A stretch of 43,594 nucleotides of DNA from contig CAVYAN010000022.1 in assembly GCA_963766075.1 (NCBI GenBank), forward strand, positions 1 through 43,594, in the 5' to 3' direction. The notes under the pieces are model-generated. The model worked only from the letters and a program-made list of their open reading frames with translations, was not told where the DNA came from and did not search any database. Shown piece after piece: positions 28,829-38,746 of the stretch (the stretch's first letter is position 1; every line of letters starts with the position of its first letter). The position numbers and the translations under genes were made by a program. The stretch comes from an uncultured cyanobacterium. GTDB lineage: Bacteria; Cyanobacteriota; Cyanobacteriia; Leptolyngbyales; Leptolyngbyaceae.

Positions 28829-30772
28829 TTACCAAAATCCCCGCTTTGCCACCGGCCAGCGCAACTCGCACACCGTCCCTTGGGGCGCATGGGGCATCCG
28901 GCGAAACGTGCCGCGCAGTTGCTTGGCCAGCCCGATCGCCTGTCGCGTGCCTAATCCTCGTCGCGCTATCCGTCATGCGATCCAGGGGTGTGCCGACAGC
29001 CGTATCGATCAGTGCGACCATCCCAGTCCCATTATCCGTGACCCGAACCACTTGGTCGCCATTTTCCTGGCCACAGAACACCCAGAGCTTCGTAGCCGCC
29101 ACCGCATGTTTTCCCACATTGCACAGCGCTTCTTCCAAAAATCGACAAAGACTGCGTTTTTGCGCGGGCGTGAGGTGGCGATCGACCATCGGGTCAAATT
29201 GGGGAATCACCAGTTTCAGGGTTAAAAAGCCCGTTAAGTCACGGTTGAGCGTACTGTCGTAAACGGCCTGTAACAATTCCGCTAGGGGGGTTTGCAAGTC
29301 GAGGTCTAAATCATGGGAGAGCGATAGGCGATCAGCGTGATGGACCGTTTCTTGCTGCATCGAATCATAGACCGCCCGCAAATTTTGATTCAGCGCTTGC
29401 AAGTCCGTCACCACCGGGCGGGGTACAGCGGGATTTTCCTGCACCTCCCGCAGCAATTTAGCGAGCTGTTGCAAAGGCCCATTGTGAATCGCATCAAAGG
29501 TCTGGTCAATCACCTGTTGCCGATCTTTAAGGCGGGCGCGGATCTCCTGCTCATACCGATAAAACAACGCCGCCGTTAATCCCGCCCCATTAAAAATCAG
29601 CCCCATCATTGCGGGCACAATCGGCACCCACCAGCCCACCAGCAGCAAGCCATAACAGATGCCCCCCAGTCCCACACTGGTGATTCCGACGGCGAGGAGA
29701 ACTTTCCACGGCGATCGCAGCACCCGCCCTAACCCCATGCCAATTACCCCCCAACCCACAATCCACAGATATTCCCAGCCCTCCGCCCAAGTTCTCAGCA
29801 AGGGGCGACCGTCTAGCACAGCGCTCAGTAGTTGACTAATCCCATGGGCCTGAAGCTCAACCCCATTCACCAACCCCGGATTCGGACTGGGAATCGCCGC
29901 CGAATTGACAACATCCTTCACACTCACCGCCGTAATGCCAATCAACACAATCCGTCCCCGAATCCAGTCGGGTTGAAAGCGCCCCGCTTTCATATCCCCC
30001 AGCGACAACATTCGGAACGGTTGACGACGATTGCGCCCGTTCAAAAATATCTGGTTACCGCCCCATCAGCCCCGACATACCCCCCCGAGTCGGGAAAGAA
30101 GCGGGGCAGCAGCGTTGTCCCAAACCGCATGGCATAGGGATCATCCGGGCTATTGGTAAGTTCGATGTTGTGCATCGCTTTGAGATAGGTCTCAGCTAAT
30201 CGCATGGTCAGCGAGAACTTATAATCGCCCTGGGGATTATGCGGATCAACCATGCCTAATAAGCTCCGCCGCACATAGCCATCGGCATCAAGGACTAAAT
30301 CGGCAAAGCCCACCCGTTCTGGGGGTAGTAGAGCAGGCGGGGGACGATCGCGTCAGGTTATCAACAGCCACTCGTTCAATCGCAAATAAATTGGGCGTAG
30401 TTTTAAACACACGGGCCAGTTCAACTTGACCGGGAGCGATGGGGAAGTCACGAAAAATATCCAACCCGATCGCAATCGGTTGATACTGTTTTAACTGAGT
30501 CACTAAATTAGCAAGTTCGCGATCGGGAACAGGATAGGTGCGAAGTTTTTGAATATCCGCTTCGTTAATGCCAATGATCACAATCCGTTCATCGATGGGT
30601 TCATCTGGACGCAATAACAATAGCCGATCGAAAGCCATCCATTCCAGCGGTTGCAGTAAGCCCATCAGCCGAGCCATCACCACGGCCGCAATCACTGCCA
30701 GCCCCGGGAAGGCATGACTGCGCCAAAGGATCGCTTCTGCGCGCCATCGGTTTCCCAAGTCCGTTGCCTCAT
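28829..30772 (-). CDS. CHASE2-domain sensor histidine kinase (NarX/HisKA_3-like); several frameshifts
   Basis: DERIVIIGINEADI, IGLDIFRD, GFADLVLDADGYVRR, GVELQAH, three TM helices, H-box AIHNGPLQ, N-box EEALCNVGKHA and DNGTG. The corrected tail is GLGTRQA...GTVCELRWP..GFW* (stop 28829). Confidence 0.82.
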
Positions 30773-30802
30773 CCCCTCATCTCCGTTCTATCCGGTGTGC
30801 AA

Positions 30803-31474
30803 TTAATCCAATAATCCGGCTGAGCGTGCCTGAATCTCGGTTTGGATCCGAATATTTTTGCCTTCCTCGGGATACACCTCTAGAGCATCCTGAATCTTCG
30901 TCCAATAGTGCCGGACGGTGCGTTCTGCCACATGCATCTGTTCCGCGATCGCCTTATCCTGCAACCCTTCCTGAAAAGCTAACCGCAGGACCTCTAGCCA
31001 TTCCGGTTTGATTTCTAAGCGATGCCGCATATCCTTCGGTGTAAAAATCAAGCCCTGCAAAGACCAATCCACTTTGGTCAGCATCTCACGCATCGGCAAA
31101 CTCTTATCCGCCACGGTGAAGCCCCCCTCATGGGCCGTAATCCCCGCTTTTAATTGGGCCAGCGATCGGGTATGGGCACTTTGCACGACGATATTTAACC
31201 GAGGGTACTGTTCCATCAACGTTTTGAGCAATTGAATGCCCGTTCGAGTTTGCGCCGATTCGCCCAGTGCTTCTGGCATCGACAGATCGACAATCACCAA
31301 ATCGGGTTGGTGGTGTTCCACCGCCGCGAGGGCCATCTGGGAATTTTGGACTGGCGTAATTTCAGCATTAGTATACTGTTGCTGTAACGCGCTAACTGTG
31401 GCTTCCAGCACGAGCTCATGATCATCCACCAGCAAAATTTTGAGTGGTGTGGATGGTGCAATTGATTCAGACAT
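30803..31474 (-). CDS. NarL/LuxR-type response regulator
   Basis: LLVDDHE, phospho-acceptor VDLSMP and C-terminal HTH GLQDKAIAEQMHVAERTVRHY. Confidence 0.93.
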   Translation of the reverse strand: MSESIAPSTPLKILLVDDHELVLEATVSALQQQYTNAEITPVQNSQMALAAVEHHQPDLVIVDLSMPEALGESAQTRTGIQLLKTLMEQYPRLNIVVQSAHTRSLAQLKAGITAHEGGFTVADKSLPMREMLTKVDWSLQGLIFTPKDMRHRLEIKPEWLEVLRLAFQEGLQDKAIAEQMHVAERTVRHYWTKIQDALEVYPEEGKNIRIQTEIQARSAGLLD

Positions 31475-31494
31475 TGGGACTCCTCAGGTGTGAT

Positions 31495-32319
31495 TTATCG
31501 GTGGCTCACTGCGGGCGATCGCTGTTCCGAGTCTCCCATATATTTCCAGCGAAAGTGCATCGTCAATTGATTCTGCTGGTGCTGATAGGTACAGGTACCG
31601 CCGGTTAAGGCCCCAAAGGCGCGGGCTAAGTGGCTCAGATCGTCTGATTCTGGAGAGAATTCTTCAGGGGTCAACAGTTGAATCCGCAGTACCGCCATGG
31701 CTGACTCTATCTGCAACCGCAGTTGAATGGATTGGTTCGGTACAGGCCGAGAGCAGACCAGACGCAATAACTCATCCAACGCCGTGAGAATAACCGGGCC
31801 GTGCTCAGATGGCGCTGAGTGCCAATGCGTCGGGAGATCGAGGGTGAACGCACAGCCTGGATAATGGCTCTGCCATTCCTCCAGCCGGTACTGGATCGCC
31901 AGGGGTAAACTTTCCTCCAGGTAGGGGGGGGAGAGGCGATCGCTCAGCCGTTTGAAATCATTGTGAAAATCTTCCAGCGCGTTCAGCCAAGCCTGATTCA
32001 AGGGGATATCACCCGCCGCATCCCCCAGAGCGACCTCCAGATTACGCCGCAGCGAGAACGACTTCTGCAATAAGCCATTGCGGATGTCTTCGGCAACTTG
32101 GTGCGATTGTATCGCTTGTCGGCTCTGCCACCAGCGTAAGGCCCGCTGCGTCTTTAGCAAGGATACGAGGAGAAGAACTAGGACGAGGATACTAACGGCT
32201 AAAATAACAATCACAGGACGAGCAAAGAAATGAACGGTTCGGAGATTTTCATCAGAATGCTTGGCTCTTGAACAGAACGGTAAAGGAATACGCAAACATC
32301 CGCAATCGGACGAGGCCAA
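31495..32319 (-). CDS. Degenerate membrane-anchored histidine-kinase-like protein (pseudo-kinase)
   Basis: One TM helix, AEDIRNGLLQ (Arg at the His position) and LSPPYLEESLPLAI; no N or G boxes. Start uncertain, possibly GTG 32214. Confidence 0.7.
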   Translation of the reverse strand: MASSDCGCLRIPLPFCSRAKHSDENLRTVHFFARPVIVILAVSILVLVLLLVSLLKTQRALRWWQSRQAIQSHQVAEDIRNGLLQKSFSLRRNLEVALGDAAGDIPLNQAWLNALEDFHNDFKRLSDRLSPPYLEESLPLAIQYRLEEWQSHYPGCAFTLDLPTHWHSAPSEHGPVILTALDELLRLVCSRPVPNQSIQLRLQIESAMAVLRIQLLTPEEFSPESDDLSHLARAFGALTGGTCTYQHQQNQLTMHFRWKYMGDSEQRSPAVSHR

Positions 32320-32756
32320 GAGGCTCTCCCCCTGCGTGCTTCCTAGAATATCTCAGCCTCCTGAAGAATGCACTGGCGATACAGACAAGTCCGATTGCAC
32401 TTTTCGGCAATCTTTTTGGACAATAGCCGCCAGACAGCCACACTAAGCTCTTGCCCGCAACGAATCTGATGCCGGAAATCTCAATGCCGTCACCTCCTTG
32501 GTCCTCACACTTTGTCCTCAAAGCCGGTGCAAAAGCTGCCATGACCTTGCTCTAGAACGTCAGTAACACCCCCATCGGCCACCCCTACTACGGGTCACTC
32601 TTTATTTTAATTGGCAATGGACTATAAACCAACTTGGAAAAGTCATGGGGAATTCTGCATAACTTCCAGGGATTTGAGGATAGAAGTACATGTGGGGGGA
32701 ACGCAATAGGCTACCCCAACGACAACTCTAAAATCCTAAACAATTGAGGCAAATTC

Positions 32757-33032
32757 ATGACTACTGAACTTCACATGGAAACCATGACTGTAGAAACCAC
32801 ATCAATCGCACCAATCGCACTAGCAAAAGACAACGCTACTGGACTTGTATTAATTGACGATGAAGCGCTCCTGGATGAGTGTTCAGGGGGAACAGGCTCT
32901 TCGACTCAGGGATATACCCGTGATCGAAAAAGCCTCATGCATATGAGCGGAGCCGGACCCGATGGAGCGTTCAGCATGCGAGAAGAAAAGTCTGAAAATA
33001 TTGCTTCCTTCTCGCAAGACTTCTTTGACTAA
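32757..33032 (+). CDS. Double-glycine-leader secreted peptide precursor 1 (bacteriocin-like)
   Basis: SD GAGG; leader ends LIDDEALLDECSGG; 46-aa core with SGAGPDGA; lies upstream of a C39 peptidase exporter. Confidence 0.75.
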   Translation: MTTELHMETMTVETTSIAPIALAKDNATGLVLIDDEALLDECSGGTGSSTQGYTRDRKSLMHMSGAGPDGAFSMREEKSENIASFSQDFFD

Positions 33033-33170
33033 GGCTTCGTAGCGTTAGTTTGGATAGGGCACAGCACTGCTGTGCCCCTCCATAAATCATTGCTAAGGGG
33101 GCACGATCGCCCGTCTGATTGCGCTTTAGCTAATCTCACATTGCAGCATTATCAATCTAGGAAAATTGCA

Positions 33171-33464
33171 ATGGTTACTCCACAGGATTCTGAACCCAAA
33201 AATCCCCAAATTACCCCGCTTTCCGAAGAAGAACTCGCAGCTATTTCCGGAGGGTTGGTCACGGTATCGTTTACCCTGCTACTTTCCGAAGAAAGCAGTG
33301 AATTCATGACTCAGGAATTTTTGAGTGGCGGGCATTCCCAAATGACAGTCTCGGGGTGCAAGCGGCGATCGTCCTTCGGATTGCAATTTTCCGGCAGCTT
33401 TGAATCGATGGATCAGCTTTCTTCCTTTTTTACGGGATTCATGAAATTTTTCGGCCTGCGGTAG
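33171..33464 (+). CDS. Double-glycine-leader secreted peptide precursor 2
   Basis: 28-aa leader ending ITPLSEEELAAISGG (canonical LSxxELxxIxGG); 69-aa Ser/Phe-rich core. Confidence 0.85.
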   Translation: MVTPQDSEPKNPQITPLSEEELAAISGGLVTVSFTLLLSEESSEFMTQEFLSGGHSQMTVSGCKRRSSFGLQFSGSFESMDQLSSFFTGFMKFFGLR

Positions 33465-33622
33465 ACGCCGTTCCTATCGGCAACGGGCTGAAGTTCTCCA
33501 GCCCAGTGTGACCTCTAATCTCAATTGAGTTCAGGAAGATCGGCTGCTGTCCTCTCGCTCAACAGCAGTCCCGCCCATCCCCTGAAGCCAGTCTCGGCGA
33601 TCGCGCCTTGATCACAGCCCCG

Positions 33623-34741
33623 ATGAAAAGCCAAATCCAAAATCTAGAATCCTCAAATGGTCTCCCTATGGAATCCCTTCTGCTCCAGGAAATGAGTAAT
33701 GCCGATATTGATTGGTTCCAGTACGTTGGCACAGTGCAGGAACTGATGCCAAACCAAGTCTTAATGCAACCTGACTCCCCCGATCATCAAGTGCATCTAT
33801 TATTACAGGGAGGATTGACAATAGCATTCCCCGCTCAAGAAACGCTAACACCTCAGGAACTCATGCCGCTGGACAGGGGTGATCTCATTGGTGAAGTTCC
33901 CGCATTGGAACCGTTCTACGGTACGGCGACAATTCATGCCAGGACTCCCTGCCAAATTTTATCAATTGATCAACACCACCTAGCCGAAAAATTAGCTCAG
34001 GACACCCTATTTGCCGCCCACTTCTATCGCGTCCAAGCCCTCTTAATCATGCAGCGGCTCCAGACGTTGATGTTCCAGTTTCAACTGAATCCAGATAGCC
34101 TCTATCAAATTAATGTCAAGGAAGCCTCTAGCCTGTTTGCCGAACTTCAGGATAGCGATTTAGATTGGTTCATCGCCGTGGGAGAGTGGCAATCGCTACC
34201 CAGAGCCGCGATTCTACAGCCCGCCGATCGCCCCATTGAAGCGCTATATTTTGTCCTGGAAGGGGCGTTGAGTCTTGGGGCATCCCGTGAATCTCCCCAC
34301 GATTTAGCCCAGATTTTTTATCCGAGGCCGCAGGATACAGCCTCCGCTCCCCTGCAGGAGCTGACTCGAATTGCTCGAGGGGACATATTCGGGGAAATGC
34401 CATTTGCACAGGTCAATGCTGTGACAATGCCCCTGTCTCGGGTTCAAGTACAGGCGGTGCGCGACACAGAGGTGCTTTCAATTCCGCGCTGGCGACTGAT
34501 CTCTAAGCTTCTGCATGATCCGGGGTTTGCCTTCCGGTTCTACCGCGTGTTAGCTGTCTTACTTGCCAGTAAATATCACACCCTCGTCACCCACTTAGGA
34601 TTTATTACCCAACCCAACCCGCAAGGATTAGGCAGCAGCGATCGCCTACTGACTCAGATGGCTCGGGCAGAGAAGCGGTTTGAGTGGATGGTCCAACGCA
34701 TTCAAACAAAAATTGCCACCAGAGGAGATATGCAATGGTAG
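33623..34741 (+). CDS. Tandem cyclic-nucleotide-binding (cNMP) domain protein
   Basis: Two repeats of ELxDxDxDWF...L.G.L...GD(L/I)xGE...FAxxFYRV.A; stop overlaps the HlyD start by 7 nt. Confidence 0.85.
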   Translation: MKSQIQNLESSNGLPMESLLLQEMSNADIDWFQYVGTVQELMPNQVLMQPDSPDHQVHLLLQGGLTIAFPAQETLTPQELMPLDRGDLIGEVPALEPFYGTATIHARTPCQILSIDQHHLAEKLAQDTLFAAHFYRVQALLIMQRLQTLMFQFQLNPDSLYQINVKEASSLFAELQDSDLDWFIAVGEWQSLPRAAILQPADRPIEALYFVLEGALSLGASRESPHDLAQIFYPRPQDTASAPLQELTRIARGDIFGEMPFAQVNAVTMPLSRVQVQAVRDTEVLSIPRWRLISKLLHDPGFAFRFYRVLAVLLASKYHTLVTHLGFITQPNPQGLGSSDRLLTQMARAEKRFEWMVQRIQTKIATRGDMQW

Positions 34742-36237
34742 TTCAACTTGTAAACTCAGAAGCATCAAATCAGCACCGCGAACACAAACCGACTCAGAAT
34801 CGGTTATTTCGACAGCAGGCTCTAGAGCAAACGGCTTCTCCGGAACAACTGGATCTTCCCATCCAAATTATTTCTCCCAAACGCTGGTTGTCTTTATTGG
34901 CGCTAGGGTTACTGGTTACGACAGGGGCGGTGTGGAGCGTTTGGGGGTCGATTCCGATTACTGTGACCGGAAAAGGTGTATTGACCTTCCCCAGTCAGAT
35001 TCAACCCCTGCAAAGTCCCGGTGCCGGACGCATTGCCCAAGTTGCTGTCAAAGTGGGTGATCGCGTTACTAAAGGACAATTACTCGCGGCCTTAGATCAA
35101 TCAGAACTGAAACAACAACTGGAACTTGTCCGTAATAAATTGAGTCAGTTGCAAGCCCAGGATCAATCCGCCAAGTTGGCTCAAACGCAGCGCGGTACCC
35201 TAGAGCAAACTGCGATCGCCCAACAGCGCCAAACCATTCAACAAGACTTGCGCACGGTCCAAGCCATGACCCCCGATATCTATGCCAGGGGCATGGCCGC
35301 AACCCAACAAGAACGAAAGTTTCTCCAGGAAAGGCTCACAAAACTGCGGCAACAAGCCGCTGAATATGCCCAAATCTGGGAGCGGATGCAAACCTTAACC
35401 CGTGACGGTGGCTATCCTCCCAACTCCCTGATTAAAGATAAGCAGGAATATCTGGTCAAACCTCAAACGGACATCCTAGAGGCGGAAGCTCAACTGAAAC
35501 AACTGGATGCGAAGGAAACGACAGCCCAACAGGAGCATTTGAAAAATGTCAATAAAGTGAATGAACTCCAAGCGCAACTACAAGAACTTGATAGCAAGTC
35601 GGCAGGCCAAGCGGAACAGGATTTAGCGACGACGACCGGACGCAGCAAAGAAATTCAGGATACCAAAGATGCGATCGCCCAATTGGAACTGAAGCTGCAA
35701 CAGAATGCTCAAATTGTCAGTGAGGCTGATGGCTACATTCGCGAACTCAACATCAGTCCCGGCCAACGGATTGAAGCCGGAGCCGAGATTGGGGTCATGG
35801 CGGCCAATCAGCCTAATACCCCCCTCGAAGCCATTACGTTTGTCCCCGTAGAAGAGGGCAAAAAACTTGATGAGGCCCTGGTGAAACGAGGGATCAAGGT
35901 GCAAATCACTCCCACCACGGTGAAGCGGGAAGAATATGGGGGAATCTGGGGGGAAGTGACTCAGGTATCTCACGCTTCCATTACCCAGGCGGGAGCGGTC
36001 CACCTAGTGGGTAACCCGACCATTCTGCCGACGCTGATGGAACAAGGCAAAGCCTATATCGTGGTTTCTACCCGGCTAGAACCTGCTGCTACACCGGGCC
36101 AGTATCGTTGGACCTCCTCTAAAGGGCCAAATCAACAGATTACCGATGGCACGACGACCACCGCCAGCATCACGATTGAGGAGCGGCGGCCTATTTCTTT
36201 TGTCATTCCCTTGTTGAAATCCCTGGTGAGTCAGTAG
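34735..36237 (+). CDS. NHLP-system secretion protein (HlyD family membrane fusion protein)
   Basis: LFRQQALEQ..SPEQLD, TM helix, WGSIPITVTGKGVL, coiled coil, TVKREEYGGI.G.V and IEERRPISFVIP; SD AGAGGAG. Confidence 0.92.
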   Translation: MVVQLVNSEASNQHREHKPTQNRLFRQQALEQTASPEQLDLPIQIISPKRWLSLLALGLLVTTGAVWSVWGSIPITVTGKGVLTFPSQIQPLQSPGAGRIAQVAVKVGDRVTKGQLLAALDQSELKQQLELVRNKLSQLQAQDQSAKLAQTQRGTLEQTAIAQQRQTIQQDLRTVQAMTPDIYARGMAATQQERKFLQERLTKLRQQAAEYAQIWERMQTLTRDGGYPPNSLIKDKQEYLVKPQTDILEAEAQLKQLDAKETTAQQEHLKNVNKVNELQAQLQELDSKSAGQAEQDLATTTGRSKEIQDTKDAIAQLELKLQQNAQIVSEADGYIRELNISPGQRIEAGAEIGVMAANQPNTPLEAITFVPVEEGKKLDEALVKRGIKVQITPTTVKREEYGGIWGEVTQVSHASITQAGAVHLVGNPTILPTLMEQGKAYIVVSTRLEPAATPGQYRWTSSKGPNQQITDGTTTTASITIEERRPISFVIPLLKSLVSQ

Positions 36238-36316
36238 AGTCGTCGGGATTATTCAAGCGCTCCCTGCAGGCTAGTCATTCACACGTTTAATTCACGCTCA
36301 ATCATTCTAGAAACCG

Positions 36317-38641
36317 ATGTCAACCCGATCTTTCCCCGCCCTGTCCTTCTCGTCTTTGTCCTTCCCTCCCCTTTCTAGGGCCAGCCTCTCACAGCTCTGG
36401 CAGCAGGGAATAGATCAGCTGAAAGATCCCTTTATCCGGCGCAAAGTCATTCAGCGCACTCCGTCTGTTTTGCAAATGGAAGCGGTCGAATGTGGTGCTG
36501 CCTCCCTGAATATGATTTTGGGCTATCACGGTTACATTGCCTCATTAGCAGAGCTGCGCCAAGCCTGCGGCGTGTCCCGCGATGGCAGCAAAGCGTCCAA
36601 TGTGCTGAATGCGGCACGGCTCTATAAGCTAGAAGCCAAGGGCTTTAAGGCCGATATTCCAGCCCTCCAGCAATTAGCGCCGCCCTATATTGTGTATTGG
36701 AATTTCAATCACTTTCTAGTTGTGGAAGGCTTCTATCGCGATCGCGTCTATCTTAATGATCCGGCCACCGGACCGCGCAGTGTCCCACTGGCTGAATTCA
36801 GCGAATCATTTACGGGTGTTGTGCTGACGTTTGTCCCGGGAGCGGAGTTTCAACCTGGTGGTGAAAAGCCCAGTATTCGGCGATCTCTGTGGGCAAGACT
36901 GCGCAGTTCTGTAGGTTCGCTGGCCTTCTGCATCCTGATTGGCTTTTTGCTGGTGCTGCCCGGTTTAGCCACGCCCGCGTTTTCTCAGATTTTTGTGGAT
37001 CAGGTGATCCTACAAGGACGGCAGGAATGGCTACGCCCCCTGATTCTGGCGATGGTGGTGACGGCGGTGCTGACTGGATTGCTGAAGCGCATGCAATTGC
37101 AAGTGCTGCGCCAATTGAAATTAAAATTGGCGGTCTCCATGTCGAGCCGATTTTTGCGGCATTTACTGTACTTACCGGTGAGCTTTTACGATCAGCGATT
37201 TGCTGGGGAAATTAGTAATCGCACCCAACTCAATGATCGTCTGGCGCAACTTTTATCGGGACAGTTAGCCACTACAGTGATTTCAGGCGTGATGGTGGTA
37301 TTCTATGCCGTTGTCATGGGAATGTACGATTGGGTGCTCACTCTGATTGGTATTGCCTTTGTTGCTCTGAATCTTCTAGTTTTGCAATTGGGAGCCCGCC
37401 AGCGATCGGATACCAATATGCGGCTGATGCAGGTGCAGGGAAAAGCCGATGGCCAAGCGATCGCAGGCTTGCAAAATATGGAAACCCTCAAAGCCTCCGG
37501 GGCTGAATCCGATTTCTTTACCCGCTGGGCGGGCTACTATGCTAAAGCCGTCAATGCCCGCCAGGAGATGGCCACCCTGAATCAGCGGATGAGTCTTTTA
37601 CCTACGCTCTTGTCGAGCTTGAGTGTGATGCTGCTGTTGGTGGTGGGCGGGTTTCGGGTGATGGAGGGTGTCCTCACCATTGGTAAACTGATTGCGTTTC
37701 AATCGCTGATGCAGCAGTTCATGCAGCCCGTGGGCCAAATTGTTCAACTGGGGGGAGATTTCCAGGAGTTAACGGGCAATCTAGCCCGGTTAGATGATGT
37801 CTTAAAAAATGACATTGATCCCCTGGTCAAACAGCACTTGATGGGTTCTAGAAATACCCTAGAACCGGTGAGATCGCACCCCAGAATTCTTCAGCCTAAA
37901 TTGGAAGGCTATTTAGAAATTCGCAATCTCACCTTTGGCTACAATCGCACTGCCGCTCCCTTAATTGAGAATTTCAGTGTGTTTCTAAAACCGGGGCAGC
38001 GGGTGGCATTAGTGGGGGGCAGTGGCTCCGGCAAATCGACGATTGCTAAGATCGTGGCCGGTTTATATCAACCGTGGTCTGGCGAGATTCTATTTGACGG
38101 CAAGTCTCGGCAGGAGATTCCGCGATCGGTACTGGTCAATTCCCTAGCCATGGTGGAACAGGATGTCTTGCTCTTCTCTGGTGCTGTGCGGGATAACCTC
38201 ACCCTGTGGGATCCCACCATCCCCGAAAGTAATCTGGTGCAAGCTGGTCAGGATGCCGCCATTCATGACGTGATCACGGCCTTGCCCGGTGGCTACAATG
38301 CCGATTTGCTGGAAGGGGCAACCAACTTAAGCGGGGGACAGCGGCAGCGCCTGGAAATTGCCCGCACCTTAGTGAACAATCCATCCATTCTGTTGATGGA
38401 TGAAGCAACGAGTGCCTTAGATACCGAAACCGAACGCATCATTAACGGCAATTTGCGATTGCGTGGCTGTACCTGTTTAATTGTGGCCCATCGTCTCAGC
38501 ACGATTCGCGATTGTGATGAAATCATCGTGCTAGAGCGGGGCAAAGTCGTCCAGCGCGGCAGTCATGATCAGTTGCGGAAACAGCCCGGGCATTACTTAG
38601 ATCTAATCCGGAGCGAAGGTGGGTCCTTAGAAAATACCTGA
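36317..38641 (+). CDS. NHLP-family peptidase-containing ABC transporter (C39 peptidase/permease/ATPase)
   Basis: QMEAVECGAASL (Cys), WNFNHF (His), LNDPA (Asp); GGSGSGKS, LSGGQ and DEATSALD. Confidence 0.95.
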   Translation: MSTRSFPALSFSSLSFPPLSRASLSQLWQQGIDQLKDPFIRRKVIQRTPSVLQMEAVECGAASLNMILGYHGYIASLAELRQACGVSRDGSKASNVLNAARLYKLEAKGFKADIPALQQLAPPYIVYWNFNHFLVVEGFYRDRVYLNDPATGPRSVPLAEFSESFTGVVLTFVPGAEFQPGGEKPSIRRSLWARLRSSVGSLAFCILIGFLLVLPGLATPAFSQIFVDQVILQGRQEWLRPLILAMVVTAVLTGLLKRMQLQVLRQLKLKLAVSMSSRFLRHLLYLPVSFYDQRFAGEISNRTQLNDRLAQLLSGQLATTVISGVMVVFYAVVMGMYDWVLTLIGIAFVALNLLVLQLGARQRSDTNMRLMQVQGKADGQAIAGLQNMETLKASGAESDFFTRWAGYYAKAVNARQEMATLNQRMSLLPTLLSSLSVMLLLVVGGFRVMEGVLTIGKLIAFQSLMQQFMQPVGQIVQLGGDFQELTGNLARLDDVLKNDIDPLVKQHLMGSRNTLEPVRSHPRILQPKLEGYLEIRNLTFGYNRTAAPLIENFSVFLKPGQRVALVGGSGSGKSTIAKIVAGLYQPWSGEILFDGKSRQEIPRSVLVNSLAMVEQDVLLFSGAVRDNLTLWDPTIPESNLVQAGQDAAIHDVITALPGGYNADLLEGATNLSGGQRQRLEIARTLVNNPSILLMDEATSALDTETERIINGNLRLRGCTCLIVAHRLSTIRDCDEIIVLERGKVVQRGSHDQLRKQPGHYLDLIRSEGGSLENT

Positions 38642-38746
38642 CTGAATCTCTCCCCACCACTGCTGTCATCGACATATTTCCCCACTACTAGACACTGCTC
38701 ACTAATCACTGCCTATCCTAGCCCCCCTTCATCCCTTAAATCTCCC

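Noticed and set aside
28782..28960. ORF-track C-terminus of the CHASE2 kinase
   Set aside because: The alternative frame supplies the expected G2 box (GLGTRQA) and GTVCELRWP ending at 28829.
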